Positions 25,708 to 34,791 of a DNA stretch of 64,000 nucleotides are shown here, one piece after another. How positions within the stretch are numbered: the stretch's first letter is position 1; the number at the start of each line of letters is the position of its first letter. The notes beneath the pieces were generated by a model, which saw only the letters and a program-made list of their open reading frames with translations, did no database searches and was not told where the DNA came from. Origin of the DNA: a virus; the IMG/VR virus record IMGVR_UViG_3300046532_001566, positions 32,001 to 96,000 of that record, one strand, 5' to 3'. The translations under genes and the position numbers were made by a program.

Positions 25708-26214
25708 TTAAAACCAAATTTTATTAAGATCAAGTACCTCAGGAACCTTTGATGATTCTTTAAGGAAGAAACTACAAGGTGCACTCTCACCTGCCGTAAG
25801 AGGAACTGTTAATATATGCCCAAACTTTAATTTAGGAACATACCATTTTACTTCCTGATACACATTTACAATTTCTACCGGAACCCAGTTAGCCTTATAT
25901 CCGTTTACAGGATTAAATTCAAATGCACTAAATCCTCTGTCATTTAAACTCATAATGCTTACTACTTCTGGTTCACCGTGATCTGCTTCGCCAATTACTA
26001 AGCTCCAATCCAAGGGCATTTTAATTTCATGTTCGCCTATACGCAATACTGCGGCAGGGCAAGAGAAACTTTCTAAAAATACAAGTGGAATAAAAAGATA
26101 ATCTACGTCTTGAGGGGTGCTATAGTCTAACACACTATATCGTAAATCATTATCTACCTCTGTGGGCAACCTGTCTAAATCATATGAGTTATTGTCTACT
26201 GTTAAAATGTTCAT
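25708..26214 (-). CDS. Hypothetical protein with a possible degenerate Hint fold
   Basis: Beta-strand pattern ILTVD...LDRL...VLRIG..EI.MPLDW...WYVPKL..GHILTV. Confidence 0.4.
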   Translation of the reverse strand: MNILTVDNNSYDLDRLPTEVDNDLRYSVLDYSTPQDVDYLFIPLVFLESFSCPAAVLRIGEHEIKMPLDWSLVIGEADHGEPEVVSIMSLNDRGFSAFEFNPVNGYKANWVPVEIVNVYQEVKWYVPKLKFGHILTVPLTAGESAPCSFFLKESSKVPEVLDLNKIWF

Positions 26215-27668
26215 TAATATTTTACCTTATGTGTTTCGTATGGATAATTTGCTTCGTTATAAAATTTCTTTCGCTTTGCAAGATGTCTTTTAGAGAATTT
26301 TGCATTACTTGTAATATCCCATATCTGAACAAAGTCTTTGTCGTCTGCTTTTCTAATTCCTCTACCAATGCTCTGTATTGTTCTTACAAAACTCTTACCT
26401 GGTTCAACTAGCACCAAGTTAAAGATACGAGGAATATTAATCCCTACACTAGCAACTCCATATGTTGCTACAATAATCTTATTGTTTAGTGTTTGAATTT
26501 CATTATATTCTGCTTTACGGTCTTTACTTTTCATAGAACCAGATACAAAAACACAATCTTCTAGTATCTCTTCTAGCATCTGGCCTGTTTTAATTCTATC
26601 AACTAATATAAGTGTGTTTCCTCCTTCACTTATTGATTCAAATTTCCTTGCTAGTTCGTCTATACGTTCTTTATTTGTAGTAAGGAAAGATAATTCTTCT
26701 TGGTAACTGTTATAGTCAACACTATCTTGGTATTGTAGTACTTTAACATGACAATTAGACAATACACCCTTGTCTTGTAGCTCACTCGCTTGTAGCCTGT
26801 GTAATACCTCGCCTAAACTGCATATTAGACTGATATATTCGTGTTCTTCTTTTGGTATTGTTCCTGTTAGACCCCAACGTATTGGAATATGTGCAAAAGG
26901 TCCTGTGAGCATTGTTCTAAGAACATCAGCTTTGGCCATATGCACTTCATCTACCATAACTGCTATTAAGTTATCTGTAATAATGTCAATACTAACATTA
27001 CTCTTACCATCTTTATATCGTTTGATTAACGAATTTAAGCTCTGCCACGTTGCAATAGTATGCTGGTGTCCTGCGTCCTTTTCGTCTCCAAAAAATACAC
27101 CTACATCTAATCCTAAATTGACATAATCTTCTTGTGTTTGTTTAACTAGATCCTTATTAGGTACAATAACTAATGTCCGACCATATGGCTCGCACATTAG
27201 ACTCATTGCGGCTGTCATTAATGTCTTGCCGGCACCAGTTGCAATCTCTTGTACACCATGAGGGTTAGCAAGGAACCTGTTAATACATTCTACCTGGTAG
27301 TCCCTTAATACAATAGACTTGCCTTCTGCTACATGTCCTTTTGGCCAAACTATATGCGAAAATGTATCTTCGGTAACTTGAACAAACTCAAAATTATGAT
27401 TAACACGGTTGTCAACAAGTTCAACACTCCATCCTTCATCATCTAATATAGGTAATACTCGATCTAGCAAATTTAAATAAGTTGCACCAGCGGCTGTAAA
27501 GAATCCAATCTTACCATCCCATCTACCTAGCCGATAAGCCGGTACATGATATGCATAAGGAAGCATATACTTTAACTTGTTTTCGCAAGTTCGTCGAGTA
27601 CTAGGTGAAAGATCGTGAAATCTAACATTAACTTCGTCTCGTATTTCTAATTTACATATGCCTGCCAT
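26214..27668 (-). CDS. uvsW: SF2 DNA helicase UvsW-like
   Basis: LRDYQ, ATGAGKT, DEVH, GLTGT, QSIGRGIR; start moved to MAGICK at 27668. Confidence 0.9.
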   Translation of the reverse strand: MAGICKLEIRDEVNVRFHDLSPSTRRTCENKLKYMLPYAYHVPAYRLGRWDGKIGFFTAAGATYLNLLDRVLPILDDEGWSVELVDNRVNHNFEFVQVTEDTFSHIVWPKGHVAEGKSIVLRDYQVECINRFLANPHGVQEIATGAGKTLMTAAMSLMCEPYGRTLVIVPNKDLVKQTQEDYVNLGLDVGVFFGDEKDAGHQHTIATWQSLNSLIKRYKDGKSNVSIDIITDNLIAVMVDEVHMAKADVLRTMLTGPFAHIPIRWGLTGTIPKEEHEYISLICSLGEVLHRLQASELQDKGVLSNCHVKVLQYQDSVDYNSYQEELSFLTTNKERIDELARKFESISEGGNTLILVDRIKTGQMLEEILEDCVFVSGSMKSKDRKAEYNEIQTLNNKIIVATYGVASVGINIPRIFNLVLVEPGKSFVRTIQSIGRGIRKADDKDFVQIWDITSNAKFSKRHLAKRKKFYNEANYPYETHKVKY

Positions 27669-27674
27669 AGTATT

Positions 27675-27703
27675 ATTATACATCCTTATCAAGTGAAAGT
27701 AAA
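27675..27703 (-). promoter_or_regulatory. Sigma70-type promoter; predicted +1 at the uvsW ATG
   Basis: TTTACT-N17-TATAAT, 6 nt from the ATG. Confidence 0.65.
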
Positions 27704-27720
27704 GCTTCTTGATAGCCGAA

Positions 27721-27750
27721 AGAAAAGGTACCCTCCCGAAGGAGGGTACT
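27721..27750 (-). terminator. Rho-independent terminator with C(UUCG)G loop
   Basis: GUACCCUCC-UUCG-GGAGGGUAC followed by CUUUUCU. Confidence 0.85.
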
Positions 27751-27790
27751 AAATAGGTGCCACCACGCAAATGTCAACACCTATTAAACT

Positions 27791-28228
27791 CTAATTACAT
27801 GCCTTAACCGCAAGTGCCAATGTAGCAAGATTTAAATCTTGGAACATGGTCTTACCTTTAATGGTCTGACCTACGATTCTCATACGGTTCTTACCAACAT
27901 AGCTGGTAGCCGGAATCATAATAAAGCCTGTGTCTCGTTCTAAACGAGAAGCATCTACCTTAGGTAATGCTGGTTCCGAATCCAATCGAATTTGGTAATT
28001 CACAATACCGTTCTGCTTAAAATTAACATAAACTGTGTCTGCATTCGCAGTAACATTTCTTTGCTTAGTTGAGGTAACTTTGCAATATGAATTGTCAGAC
28101 ATTGCATTAACTGATACAACCGTCTTCCACATCTTACCTTTATACGTTGTCTTACTGTCCTCTGCCGCAAGAGCACTAGTACTTACTAGTGCCAATGTTG
28201 CTGTCATTAAAAATAATTTCTTAAACAT
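27791..28228 (-). CDS. Secreted/periplasmic hypothetical protein
   Basis: Signal peptide MFKKLFLMTATLALVSTSALA; GGAGG RBS. Confidence 0.65.
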   Translation of the reverse strand: MFKKLFLMTATLALVSTSALAAEDSKTTYKGKMWKTVVSVNAMSDNSYCKVTSTKQRNVTANADTVYVNFKQNGIVNYQIRLDSEPALPKVDASRLERDTGFIMIPATSYVGKNRMRIVGQTIKGKTMFQDLNLATLALAVKACN

Positions 28229-28243
28229 TATTAAATGCCTCCT

Positions 28244-29284
28244 TTAAAAGCTTCGTTTCATTACTGTAGTTTCTGCAAGACGTTTCCATTTACCATCCAC
28301 ACCAGTCATCTTGCAAAGATCCGCAACCTTAATCACTGTACGAAGTGAAAGCTCACGAAGTCTGTCCTGGTTAGTTTCTACGTAATCGTATATCATCTTA
28401 TTTTCAGCTTCACTAAAGTTATAAGAGTTTAACATACCATCTCGCATAATTTGTTTGATACGAAGCATCTTGTCGTATGCTGAATCAAGTGTAAGATCCA
28501 AATAGTGACAACGTGACTCAAGAGCACTAAGATGATCTTTAAGTTTTGCACTTCGTACATGCTCAAATTTAATGTTAGTAATAAAAATTGCACTACCTTT
28601 AAATTCAAAACGATCCGGAACACCTTCCCTACGCAACATTGAGGAATCTGTGTTCCAGCAAATAATACGTTTCTTAGAACTATCTAATGCCGCTTTAAGA
28701 ATATTCAAGGACAAATCATCCATTAACACACTATCGCAATCATCAAATACTAATACGTTTCCGGCATCTGCATACTGAAACAATTTGCAGTACAAACCAA
28801 TTGGACTCATTGCACCCTTAACAACTTCAAAACGAGGAGTCATATTAGCAATTTTATCAAACATGGCCGCTTTTTCAAGTGTTCGTTCTACACCAAACGA
28901 TTTACCAACACCTGGAGGTCCTACAACAATCATTGCACGAACTGTACCTTCAATTGCCGCTTCTGTCATGTCCTCAAGGATTTCAAAACGTTCTGCAATC
29001 TCTTCCAAACGTGTTGCATCATATTCTGCATCGTGCTTTTCTGCTGACGGAAGATTACTATCTACTTCAGGAGTAAATGCTTCACTTGCATTAGCCGGAA
29101 CAATGTCTTCCATGCTTGCTACTTTAACACGAATCTGTTTGTCTGCAAAATCTCCAAATGAGTCATCTGCAACAACGGTTACATAACCGCCTTTTTCATT
29201 GTAGTCTGCTACTAATTGCAGTACTTTATTATGTACTGTAAAAGTGCGGTATTTTCCGTTTGTAATTTTTATAAAAGCTGACAT
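28244..29284 (-). CDS. AAA+ ATPase
   Basis: GPPGVGKS, VFDDCD, FITN, SR arginine finger. Confidence 0.85.
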   Translation of the reverse strand: MSAFIKITNGKYRTFTVHNKVLQLVADYNEKGGYVTVVADDSFGDFADKQIRVKVASMEDIVPANASEAFTPEVDSNLPSAEKHDAEYDATRLEEIAERFEILEDMTEAAIEGTVRAMIVVGPPGVGKSFGVERTLEKAAMFDKIANMTPRFEVVKGAMSPIGLYCKLFQYADAGNVLVFDDCDSVLMDDLSLNILKAALDSSKKRIICWNTDSSMLRREGVPDRFEFKGSAIFITNIKFEHVRSAKLKDHLSALESRCHYLDLTLDSAYDKMLRIKQIMRDGMLNSYNFSEAENKMIYDYVETNQDRLRELSLRTVIKVADLCKMTGVDGKWKRLAETTVMKRSF

Positions 29285-29321
29285 TTAATTTCCTTTGCGT
29301 GGTTAAACTCTCATTATATAT

Positions 29322-29360
29322 AGTATAGCACCAGTTGGACCTAATGTCAACCTTTATTTT
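29322..29360 (-). promoter_or_regulatory. Strong early promoter
   Basis: AAAATAAAGG-TTGACA-N17-TATACT with TGn. Confidence 0.8.
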
Positions 29361-29475
29361 GCTTTTTTTGCAAGTTTTTTTGATATAATTTCAAAAAATT
29401 ACGGCAATTTTGTTCAGCAACCTTATCGCCTAAACTTTTATAGTGTGCAATATTTGCTTTCATTGCTTCTTCCAT
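29347..29475 (-). CDS. Small 42-aa early protein (not in the ORF track)
   Basis: MEEAMKANIAHYKSLGDKVAEQNCRNFLKLYQKNLQKKQNKG*, directly downstream of the promoter at 29514-29542. Confidence 0.45.
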   Translation of the reverse strand: MEEAMKANIAHYKSLGDKVAEQNCRNFLKLYQKNLQKKQNKG

Positions 29476-29513
29476 TTGCTTGACCTTTGTTGCTGTTTCC
29501 TTATTGTATATAC

Positions 29514-29550
29514 AGTATACGGCCTTTTATCCTAAAGAGCAACCTTTTTC
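29514..29550 (-). promoter_or_regulatory. Early promoter
   Basis: AAAAAGG-TTGCTC-N17-TATACT. Confidence 0.6.
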
Positions 29551-29558
29551 TGGTCCGC

Positions 29559-29628
29559 TAAGTCGTTGATTTATAAGGAAATAGTAAAATAATTGTAAAA
29601 TAATTTCTCTATATAAATCAACGACTTA
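29559..29628. repeat. Perfect 17-bp inverted repeat
   Basis: taagtcgttgatttata (29559-29575) / tataaatcaacgactta (29612-29628), with an AT-rich spacer holding tandem gtaaaataatt. Confidence 0.9.
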
Positions 29629-30087
29629 CCGTAATTCCACATCTTCAAGTCCAGCCACCCGTAATTTAGTGATATTATTGATCTGAAACGACTTTGCATC
29701 CAGGGCTTTTGTGAGGCCTATAAACTTATTCCTCAATAATGCAAATTCATTGATGAGATTTTCCATTTGAGCCACTTCCGGCTCTCCATCTGTGTACTTT
29801 TCTGCGTCTCGACTGCTCAAAGTACGGTTGTAATGCTCTGTAAACTGTCTAAATTTAGCAGATCGTACTTTTCTAAGCTCAATGTTCAAATGTTCAAGGA
29901 TTGCTTCAATTTCTTGAAGCTGATTAAATCTCCATTCCACTTGTCCAGGCATTTCTCTGCTTTGCTTCTCTAAACTACCGTTCATTCTTAGCTCTTTTCT
30001 TGCTTCGTCTATTTCTGATTCAAAATATCCAATGCAAGCCGGCAAATGCGAGATATCTGTTTGAACTTTTCGGTACCAGGTGCTCAC
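29626..30087 (-). CDS. uvsY: Recombination mediator UvsY-like
   Basis: Coiled-coil, 153 aa, KALDAKSFQINNITKLRVAG C-terminus; near uvsX. Confidence 0.75.
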   Translation of the reverse strand: MSTWYRKVQTDISHLPACIGYFESEIDEARKELRMNGSLEKQSREMPGQVEWRFNQLQEIEAILEHLNIELRKVRSAKFRQFTEHYNRTLSSRDAEKYTDGEPEVAQMENLINEFALLRNKFIGLTKALDAKSFQINNITKLRVAGLEDVELR

Positions 30088-30327
30088 TTAGTAGTTCTCA
30101 TCTTCTTCATCATCTTCTTCATAGTCTACATCTCCAATTAAATCAGTTAAAGCCTGTGCTATTTCTCTACCTGCTACAACTAAGTCATCTCGTTGCACTT
30201 CTAGGTTGATATAATCCTCTGCAACCCTAATAAACGAGTGTGCGGCATCTTGTCTTTCTTTTTTATCTAAGTAAGGCTTTAATGCTACCCAAATCTCTGC
30301 AAGCATTTCTCCTGAATTATCCGTCAT
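30088..30327 (-). CDS. Hypothetical protein with acidic tail
   Basis: 79 aa; AGGAG RBS. Confidence 0.6.
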   Translation of the reverse strand: MTDNSGEMLAEIWVALKPYLDKKERQDAAHSFIRVAEDYINLEVQRDDLVVAGREIAQALTDLIGDVDYEEDDEEDENY

Positions 30328-30367
30328 GTATATCGCTCCTAATTTTTAATTGTCTAAGTTGCTATAC

Positions 30368-30796
30368 TTAGTTATATTTTTTAGCGAGTCTGTCCAAGTA
30401 TGTTTTATGATCTGTCCAAGTGATACCATCAACTAAGAATCCCCATTCTCGTTTTTGAATACCAGGTATGAATAAAGTCCAGGCATTAACATTAGGGTCA
30501 ATTTCTATCCTATGATAGCTTTCAGCTGATGAGATCCTGCAATGCCCAGGGCCTCTCCAGTGTTTGCCAGTTAGGGTATGCTCCCAATAACCGCCTCGAA
30601 GTATAAGAGTAAAGTATGACCACGGATGATCATGAAGGTCATCCGGGTCATTTTTCAGAAACTTATGAAGGAATATGTTAAATGGAAAATATTTACGATC
30701 TTTCAAGAACAAATAATATCGTTCTAAATAAGGCTCGTTACTATTTCTATCTAATATAAGTCTATAACGACCTATAGCTTTCATAAAACCTTTCAT
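30368..30796 (-). CDS. Cupin-fold protein
   Basis: LHKF...D..LHDHPW....IL.GGYWE...HRIE...WTLF. Confidence 0.75.
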   Translation of the reverse strand: MKGFMKAIGRYRLILDRNSNEPYLERYYLFLKDRKYFPFNIFLHKFLKNDPDDLHDHPWSYFTLILRGGYWEHTLTGKHWRGPGHCRISSAESYHRIEIDPNVNAWTLFIPGIQKREWGFLVDGITWTDHKTYLDRLAKKYN

Positions 30797-30797
30797 C

Positions 30798-31919
30798 TTA
30801 ACTCTCTACTGTTGTTTCTTCTACCTCTTCAGCTAATGCATCACCATCAGCTTCGCCGTTTGGACTAATTGCACCTTGATATGCCAAATCTTGACCTTTT
30901 GCAACAATATCTTTCATTACTTTATCAAGTACTTCATCAGTATATTGCTTGCGAAATTCTTTAATAATTTCACCATCAGTCATTGTGTATGCTAATTTGT
31001 TACCTTCCTTCTTTAACCAACCTCGAGCTTCAAATAATTCAACGAGACCACTATAAGGATCCATTCCAGTAGTGTACGGAATTTGTACTTGTACACTTTC
31101 AAATGGTTTTGAGTAACGTGTTTTCATAATCTTACAAGCGGCACGGATGCCATGTACCTGTGATGTCTTATTACCATCTGCATCAACTTTAAGTTTTAGT
31201 TTTTTCATTGCTACAACCATAGAACTTGCATAGATAAAACCAGCACCGCCGGTAATTTTGTCATCTGGATCAAACATATCCTGTGAAGCATATGTATGAT
31301 TAGTAACTACTAGTCCTACTGGGTGAGGTGCAATACGATTAACAGTATTTTTAATAAGAGCTGTCAATGCTTTGGCCTTACGACCCATATCACCTTTCAT
31401 ATCACCTGCTTCAAACTGGTTAACATCAGTTGGAGTAAGCAACATACCTACCGAATCGACAACAAACATAACTTTCTGTTGCTCTTCGTATGGCAGATCT
31501 GCATATTCGTCTTTGTAATTTTTCATGAATTCGGATAGAAATTTTGCTACCTCGTCAATCATGCTAACACCAAACCTCATTAACTTATCTGGTGAGGTAT
31601 CAATGTCTAATGCTTTCAACCAATCTTCATCTAGTGCATTCTCACTATCGAGAAGTACTGGAAGAATACCAAGGTGTTGTGCATTTCGTACAAGATTACC
31701 TGAACAAATGTAACTTTTACCTGATCCTGATTCTCCTGCAAACATAGTAACTTTGCCTAATGGAATTCCACGTTCAAAATCACCAGTCATTAGATAGTTA
31801 AGTGTGTGGTTGCCTGTACTAATCCAATCTCTTGGATCATTAAATCCAGTACTCATTCCTGGTACTGCTTTAGTTAAGTTTTTTCGAAACTTAGAAACGT
31901 CAAATGCTTTAGTTGTCAT
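30798..31919 (-). CDS. uvsX: RecA-like recombinase UvsX
   Basis: GESGSGKS, DSENAL, VDSVGML, GDMG, NHTY, GG.G..YASS. Confidence 0.93.
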   Translation of the reverse strand: MTTKAFDVSKFRKNLTKAVPGMSTGFNDPRDWISTGNHTLNYLMTGDFERGIPLGKVTMFAGESGSGKSYICSGNLVRNAQHLGILPVLLDSENALDEDWLKALDIDTSPDKLMRFGVSMIDEVAKFLSEFMKNYKDEYADLPYEEQQKVMFVVDSVGMLLTPTDVNQFEAGDMKGDMGRKAKALTALIKNTVNRIAPHPVGLVVTNHTYASQDMFDPDDKITGGAGFIYASSMVVAMKKLKLKVDADGNKTSQVHGIRAACKIMKTRYSKPFESVQVQIPYTTGMDPYSGLVELFEARGWLKKEGNKLAYTMTDGEIIKEFRKQYTDEVLDKVMKDIVAKGQDLAYQGAISPNGEADGDALAEEVEETTVES

Positions 31920-31940
31920 AATTATCCTCTCTGTGTAATT

Positions 31941-31970
31941 GGGGTGACTAATCTTCTAGCCACCCCTTTA
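31941..31970 (-). terminator. Stem-loop after the SSB gene
   Basis: ggggtgacta...tagccacccc inverted repeat. Confidence 0.55.
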
Positions 31971-31977
31971 TTACAAA

Positions 31978-32991
31978 TTAGCTACCTGTTGTTTCTCTGT
32001 TACGAATCATACTTAAGATATCGTCAACACTAGGTTTCGGTGCGTCAGAGGATGCATCTGCAACTGGTGCCGCTTCTACTGCTACTGGTGCCGCTTCTGC
32101 TACTGGAGCAGGAGTTGCTGGAGCCGGTGCAGGTGCCGCTTCTGCTACTGGAGCAGGAGTTGCCGGAGCACTAACTGGGTTAGTAGCTGAAGTAGAATTA
32201 GCAAACGTTGCACCATTAGGGCGATAATAATTGCCCCAACGTGCTGGATCATATAATTGACCATCAACCGAAGCTTCAAACATTTCTAGTTGAATGTCAA
32301 CTTCTTCTTTGCCTGGACGTTTAGGCATAAAGTCTCCAAGATCAAACAATCCATGCTTTGAAACTGCACTTAGTTCTTCTTCGTTTAGACCACGTTCCTT
32401 ACGAGCCCAGGATGATGTACTATAATCAGCATAGCCACCTTTCTGAGTCTTATTAATACGGAAGTCTGTACCACGTTCGTAATCAGTTGGAATTTCTTCC
32501 ATTTCAACGTCCATTAACGCACTCTTAATAATTGTAAAAATCTGAGGGCTAATGATCATTCTACGAATTGGATTTTCTGGGGCATTATCTTCGTCAAGCG
32601 GGCTTGACACTACTATTCCCTGGAACACATAAGAACGCTTTTTCCAATATTTTCGTGCTAACTGCTCCATGCTAGGGTCGTTAAACCAAGGACGTAATTG
32701 TGCATGGATAGGACAAGCTTCTCCCCACATATCTACGCAAGGTACTTGCACAATACATTTACGAGATTCGTCTTGGCCTTTAATGCCTGGAAACTCGAAA
32801 CGCATCATTAAGCGTTCTCGCCAAAAGAATGTGTTAGAATCGTCGCCGTCTGGTAGAAAGCGAATTACTGCGGATGTTCCTTCTGGAATGTTCCAATGGG
32901 CAAATAGCCCGTTATCACCGGATTGTGTTGAACCGCCCGATTTTGCGGCTTGCTCGGTTAGACGAGCTCGTATTTCTGCTAAAGTTGCCAT
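31978..32991 (-). CDS. Single-stranded DNA-binding protein (T4 gp32-like)
   Basis: AVIRFLPD, CPI, YWKKRSY, G.DF...K..KGGYADYSTS.W; Ala/Pro linker and acidic tail. Confidence 0.9.
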   Translation of the reverse strand: MATLAEIRARLTEQAAKSGGSTQSGDNGLFAHWNIPEGTSAVIRFLPDGDDSNTFFWRERLMMRFEFPGIKGQDESRKCIVQVPCVDMWGEACPIHAQLRPWFNDPSMEQLARKYWKKRSYVFQGIVVSSPLDEDNAPENPIRRMIISPQIFTIIKSALMDVEMEEIPTDYERGTDFRINKTQKGGYADYSTSSWARKERGLNEEELSAVSKHGLFDLGDFMPKRPGKEEVDIQLEMFEASVDGQLYDPARWGNYYRPNGATFANSTSATNPVSAPATPAPVAEAAPAPAPATPAPVAEAAPVAVEAAPVADASSDAPKPSVDDILSMIRNRETTGS

Positions 32992-33107
32992 AATTAGTTA
33001 TCTCCTGTATATTATGAGCCAATATTTGTTTCAGTTCTTCTGAGCCAAACAACGTAAACCTTCCCGGCCTACATTGTAATTATACTTATCTTTGAGACTA
33101 AAGTCAA
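32992..33107 (-). promoter_or_regulatory. SSB promoter (sigma70 plus overlapping late motif) and structured leader
   Basis: TTGACT-N17-TATAAT (33079-33107) with TAAGTA overlapping; leader carries two hairpins and two UUGGCUCA copies (33015-33022, 33041-33048). Confidence 0.7.
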
Positions 33108-33129
33108 GTGTCCATTTGTCCGTTTTAGA

Positions 33130-33870
33130 CTATTTTTGGTTAAAATATATGCTTGTGTGGTTGACTTCGTTTATAATTTGTGGTAAAAGGTTTGCCCACT
33201 TGCCTTTTGTAGGCCAAAGGAACCATATTTCAGATAGTTGCATCTGTACTAATATACGCCTTCTGTGTTTATAACGTGGATGTCGTTGTGTTCTAACTAA
33301 TGCCGGATATATGTCATCGTGGTGATCTAAGTTTAAATCATGCCCTAACATTAACATCTCATCTTTTGGATCTGCATCTATAAATTTACAAATATCACGT
33401 TCAACCTGTTCGGAGGAATGGTCACCATCTATAAAAACTGCATCAATATCCATATCTTGTGGAACTGTATAATCGTCACTTCTTGTAGTTATTAGTTTCC
33501 ATTTATCACTTTCAACAAAATTTGTGCAATAATTAAAACTAGGTATCCAGCTATTATGCTCTTGTGCTATTTTTACCATTGCTTTCCAGTTGCTGTATAT
33601 CTTAGAATCTTCTTTATCTTTTTGATCTCCTAAGCAACCTGGACCCATTTTAAAAGCAGACCATATTTCGGTTGATAATGGATCAATACTTGTTAAGCAG
33701 GTGCTTAACGGTAAATTGTCTTTAATAGCCAATGTACTGCGTCCGACAAAACTACCAATTTCTATAAAGTTTGAATTTTCTGATGTGTGTTTAGCAATAA
33801 TACCTAACAGTATTAAATCTCTCCAAAGCATCCATCCTGGTGTGTTATAGGCATTCTGCCAATTTATCAT
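33130..33870 (-). CDS. Class I SAM-dependent methyltransferase (Methyltransf_24-like)
   Basis: IEIGSFVGRST, VFIDGDHS, GHD. Confidence 0.8.
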   Translation of the reverse strand: MINWQNAYNTPGWMLWRDLILLGIIAKHTSENSNFIEIGSFVGRSTLAIKDNLPLSTCLTSIDPLSTEIWSAFKMGPGCLGDQKDKEDSKIYSNWKAMVKIAQEHNSWIPSFNYCTNFVESDKWKLITTRSDDYTVPQDMDIDAVFIDGDHSSEQVERDICKFIDADPKDEMLMLGHDLNLDHHDDIYPALVRTQRHPRYKHRRRILVQMQLSEIWFLWPTKGKWANLLPQIINEVNHTSIYFNQK

Positions 33871-34778
33871 ATTAAATTTTTAGTAAAGATATCTAATTGC
33901 TCTGATACCAATCCCTGAGGGCGAATAATTTCTAGTCCCGGTAGGAGTTTAAGTTTAACGTTGGTATCTTGAATTAGATGGAAAATTGATTCTGACACTT
34001 CTTGCCTTGGTGTAAATTCATGTGCAACAATATGATCTAGTTTCCCAGTCCGAGCGGCACGTTCCATCATTCTACGAAGTAGTTTAACTTCTGAATATCC
34101 TCGACTTTGGATTTCCTCTAGTTGCACAGAGTTATTAATTTTTTTACTATAACGTAGCAATTCCATAATGTCTGTTCGACGTCTGCTTACTTCAGCAATT
34201 TTTTCACCTAATTGATCCCAAGGCTTTCCACCTTGATCAACATGTAATGCCATTACCCTAGCACCTAATAAATGTTTATGTGGATAACGGAATCGTTCTC
34301 CTTTGTGTTCAATAAACACATCTTGGATATTACGACTACGAGCTCCTCGTTTTTCTTCGTCAACTTTCTTAGAATGACGAATGATAATTTTTGTTTCTCC
34401 TAATGGATGATAACTTGATTTGCTAGTGTTTCGGGCTTCGTCGGTCCTTGTTCTATGCACAAAATCCTTAGGACGAATTTCTCCATCATAACTTCTAGTT
34501 GTAGTGCTATAAAGATAACGTCTTGCTGTAGTAGTGGCACGAGGTTTAACCTCATTTTTAATCCATTCAATATCAGCTTCGTTTGGATCATACCAAATTT
34601 CAATTTCTTTGATATCATGCTTAACTAGTATTAATGTAGCCTTATCTTTAATATAAAGATATACTGCATCTTCAGCATTAACTGTTGCTCTACCTTCTTT
34701 GTCTCGGAGTGCAACACTATGGCTAAGGCCTGATAATGTTCCTACTAAATCTCCTGATATATTATCTTTGATTGTCAT
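33867..34778 (-). CDS. Hypothetical protein downstream of terminase (possible head component)
   Basis: Start moved to MTIKDN, 5 nt after TAAATA. Confidence 0.55.
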   Translation of the reverse strand: MTIKDNISGDLVGTLSGLSHSVALRDKEGRATVNAEDAVYLYIKDKATLILVKHDIKEIEIWYDPNEADIEWIKNEVKPRATTTARRYLYSTTTRSYDGEIRPKDFVHRTRTDEARNTSKSSYHPLGETKIIIRHSKKVDEEKRGARSRNIQDVFIEHKGERFRYPHKHLLGARVMALHVDQGGKPWDQLGEKIAEVSRRRTDIMELLRYSKKINNSVQLEEIQSRGYSEVKLLRRMMERAARTGKLDHIVAHEFTPRQEVSESIFHLIQDTNVKLKLLPGLEIIRPQGLVSEQLDIFTKNLI

Positions 34779-34791
34779 ATTGTTATTTACC

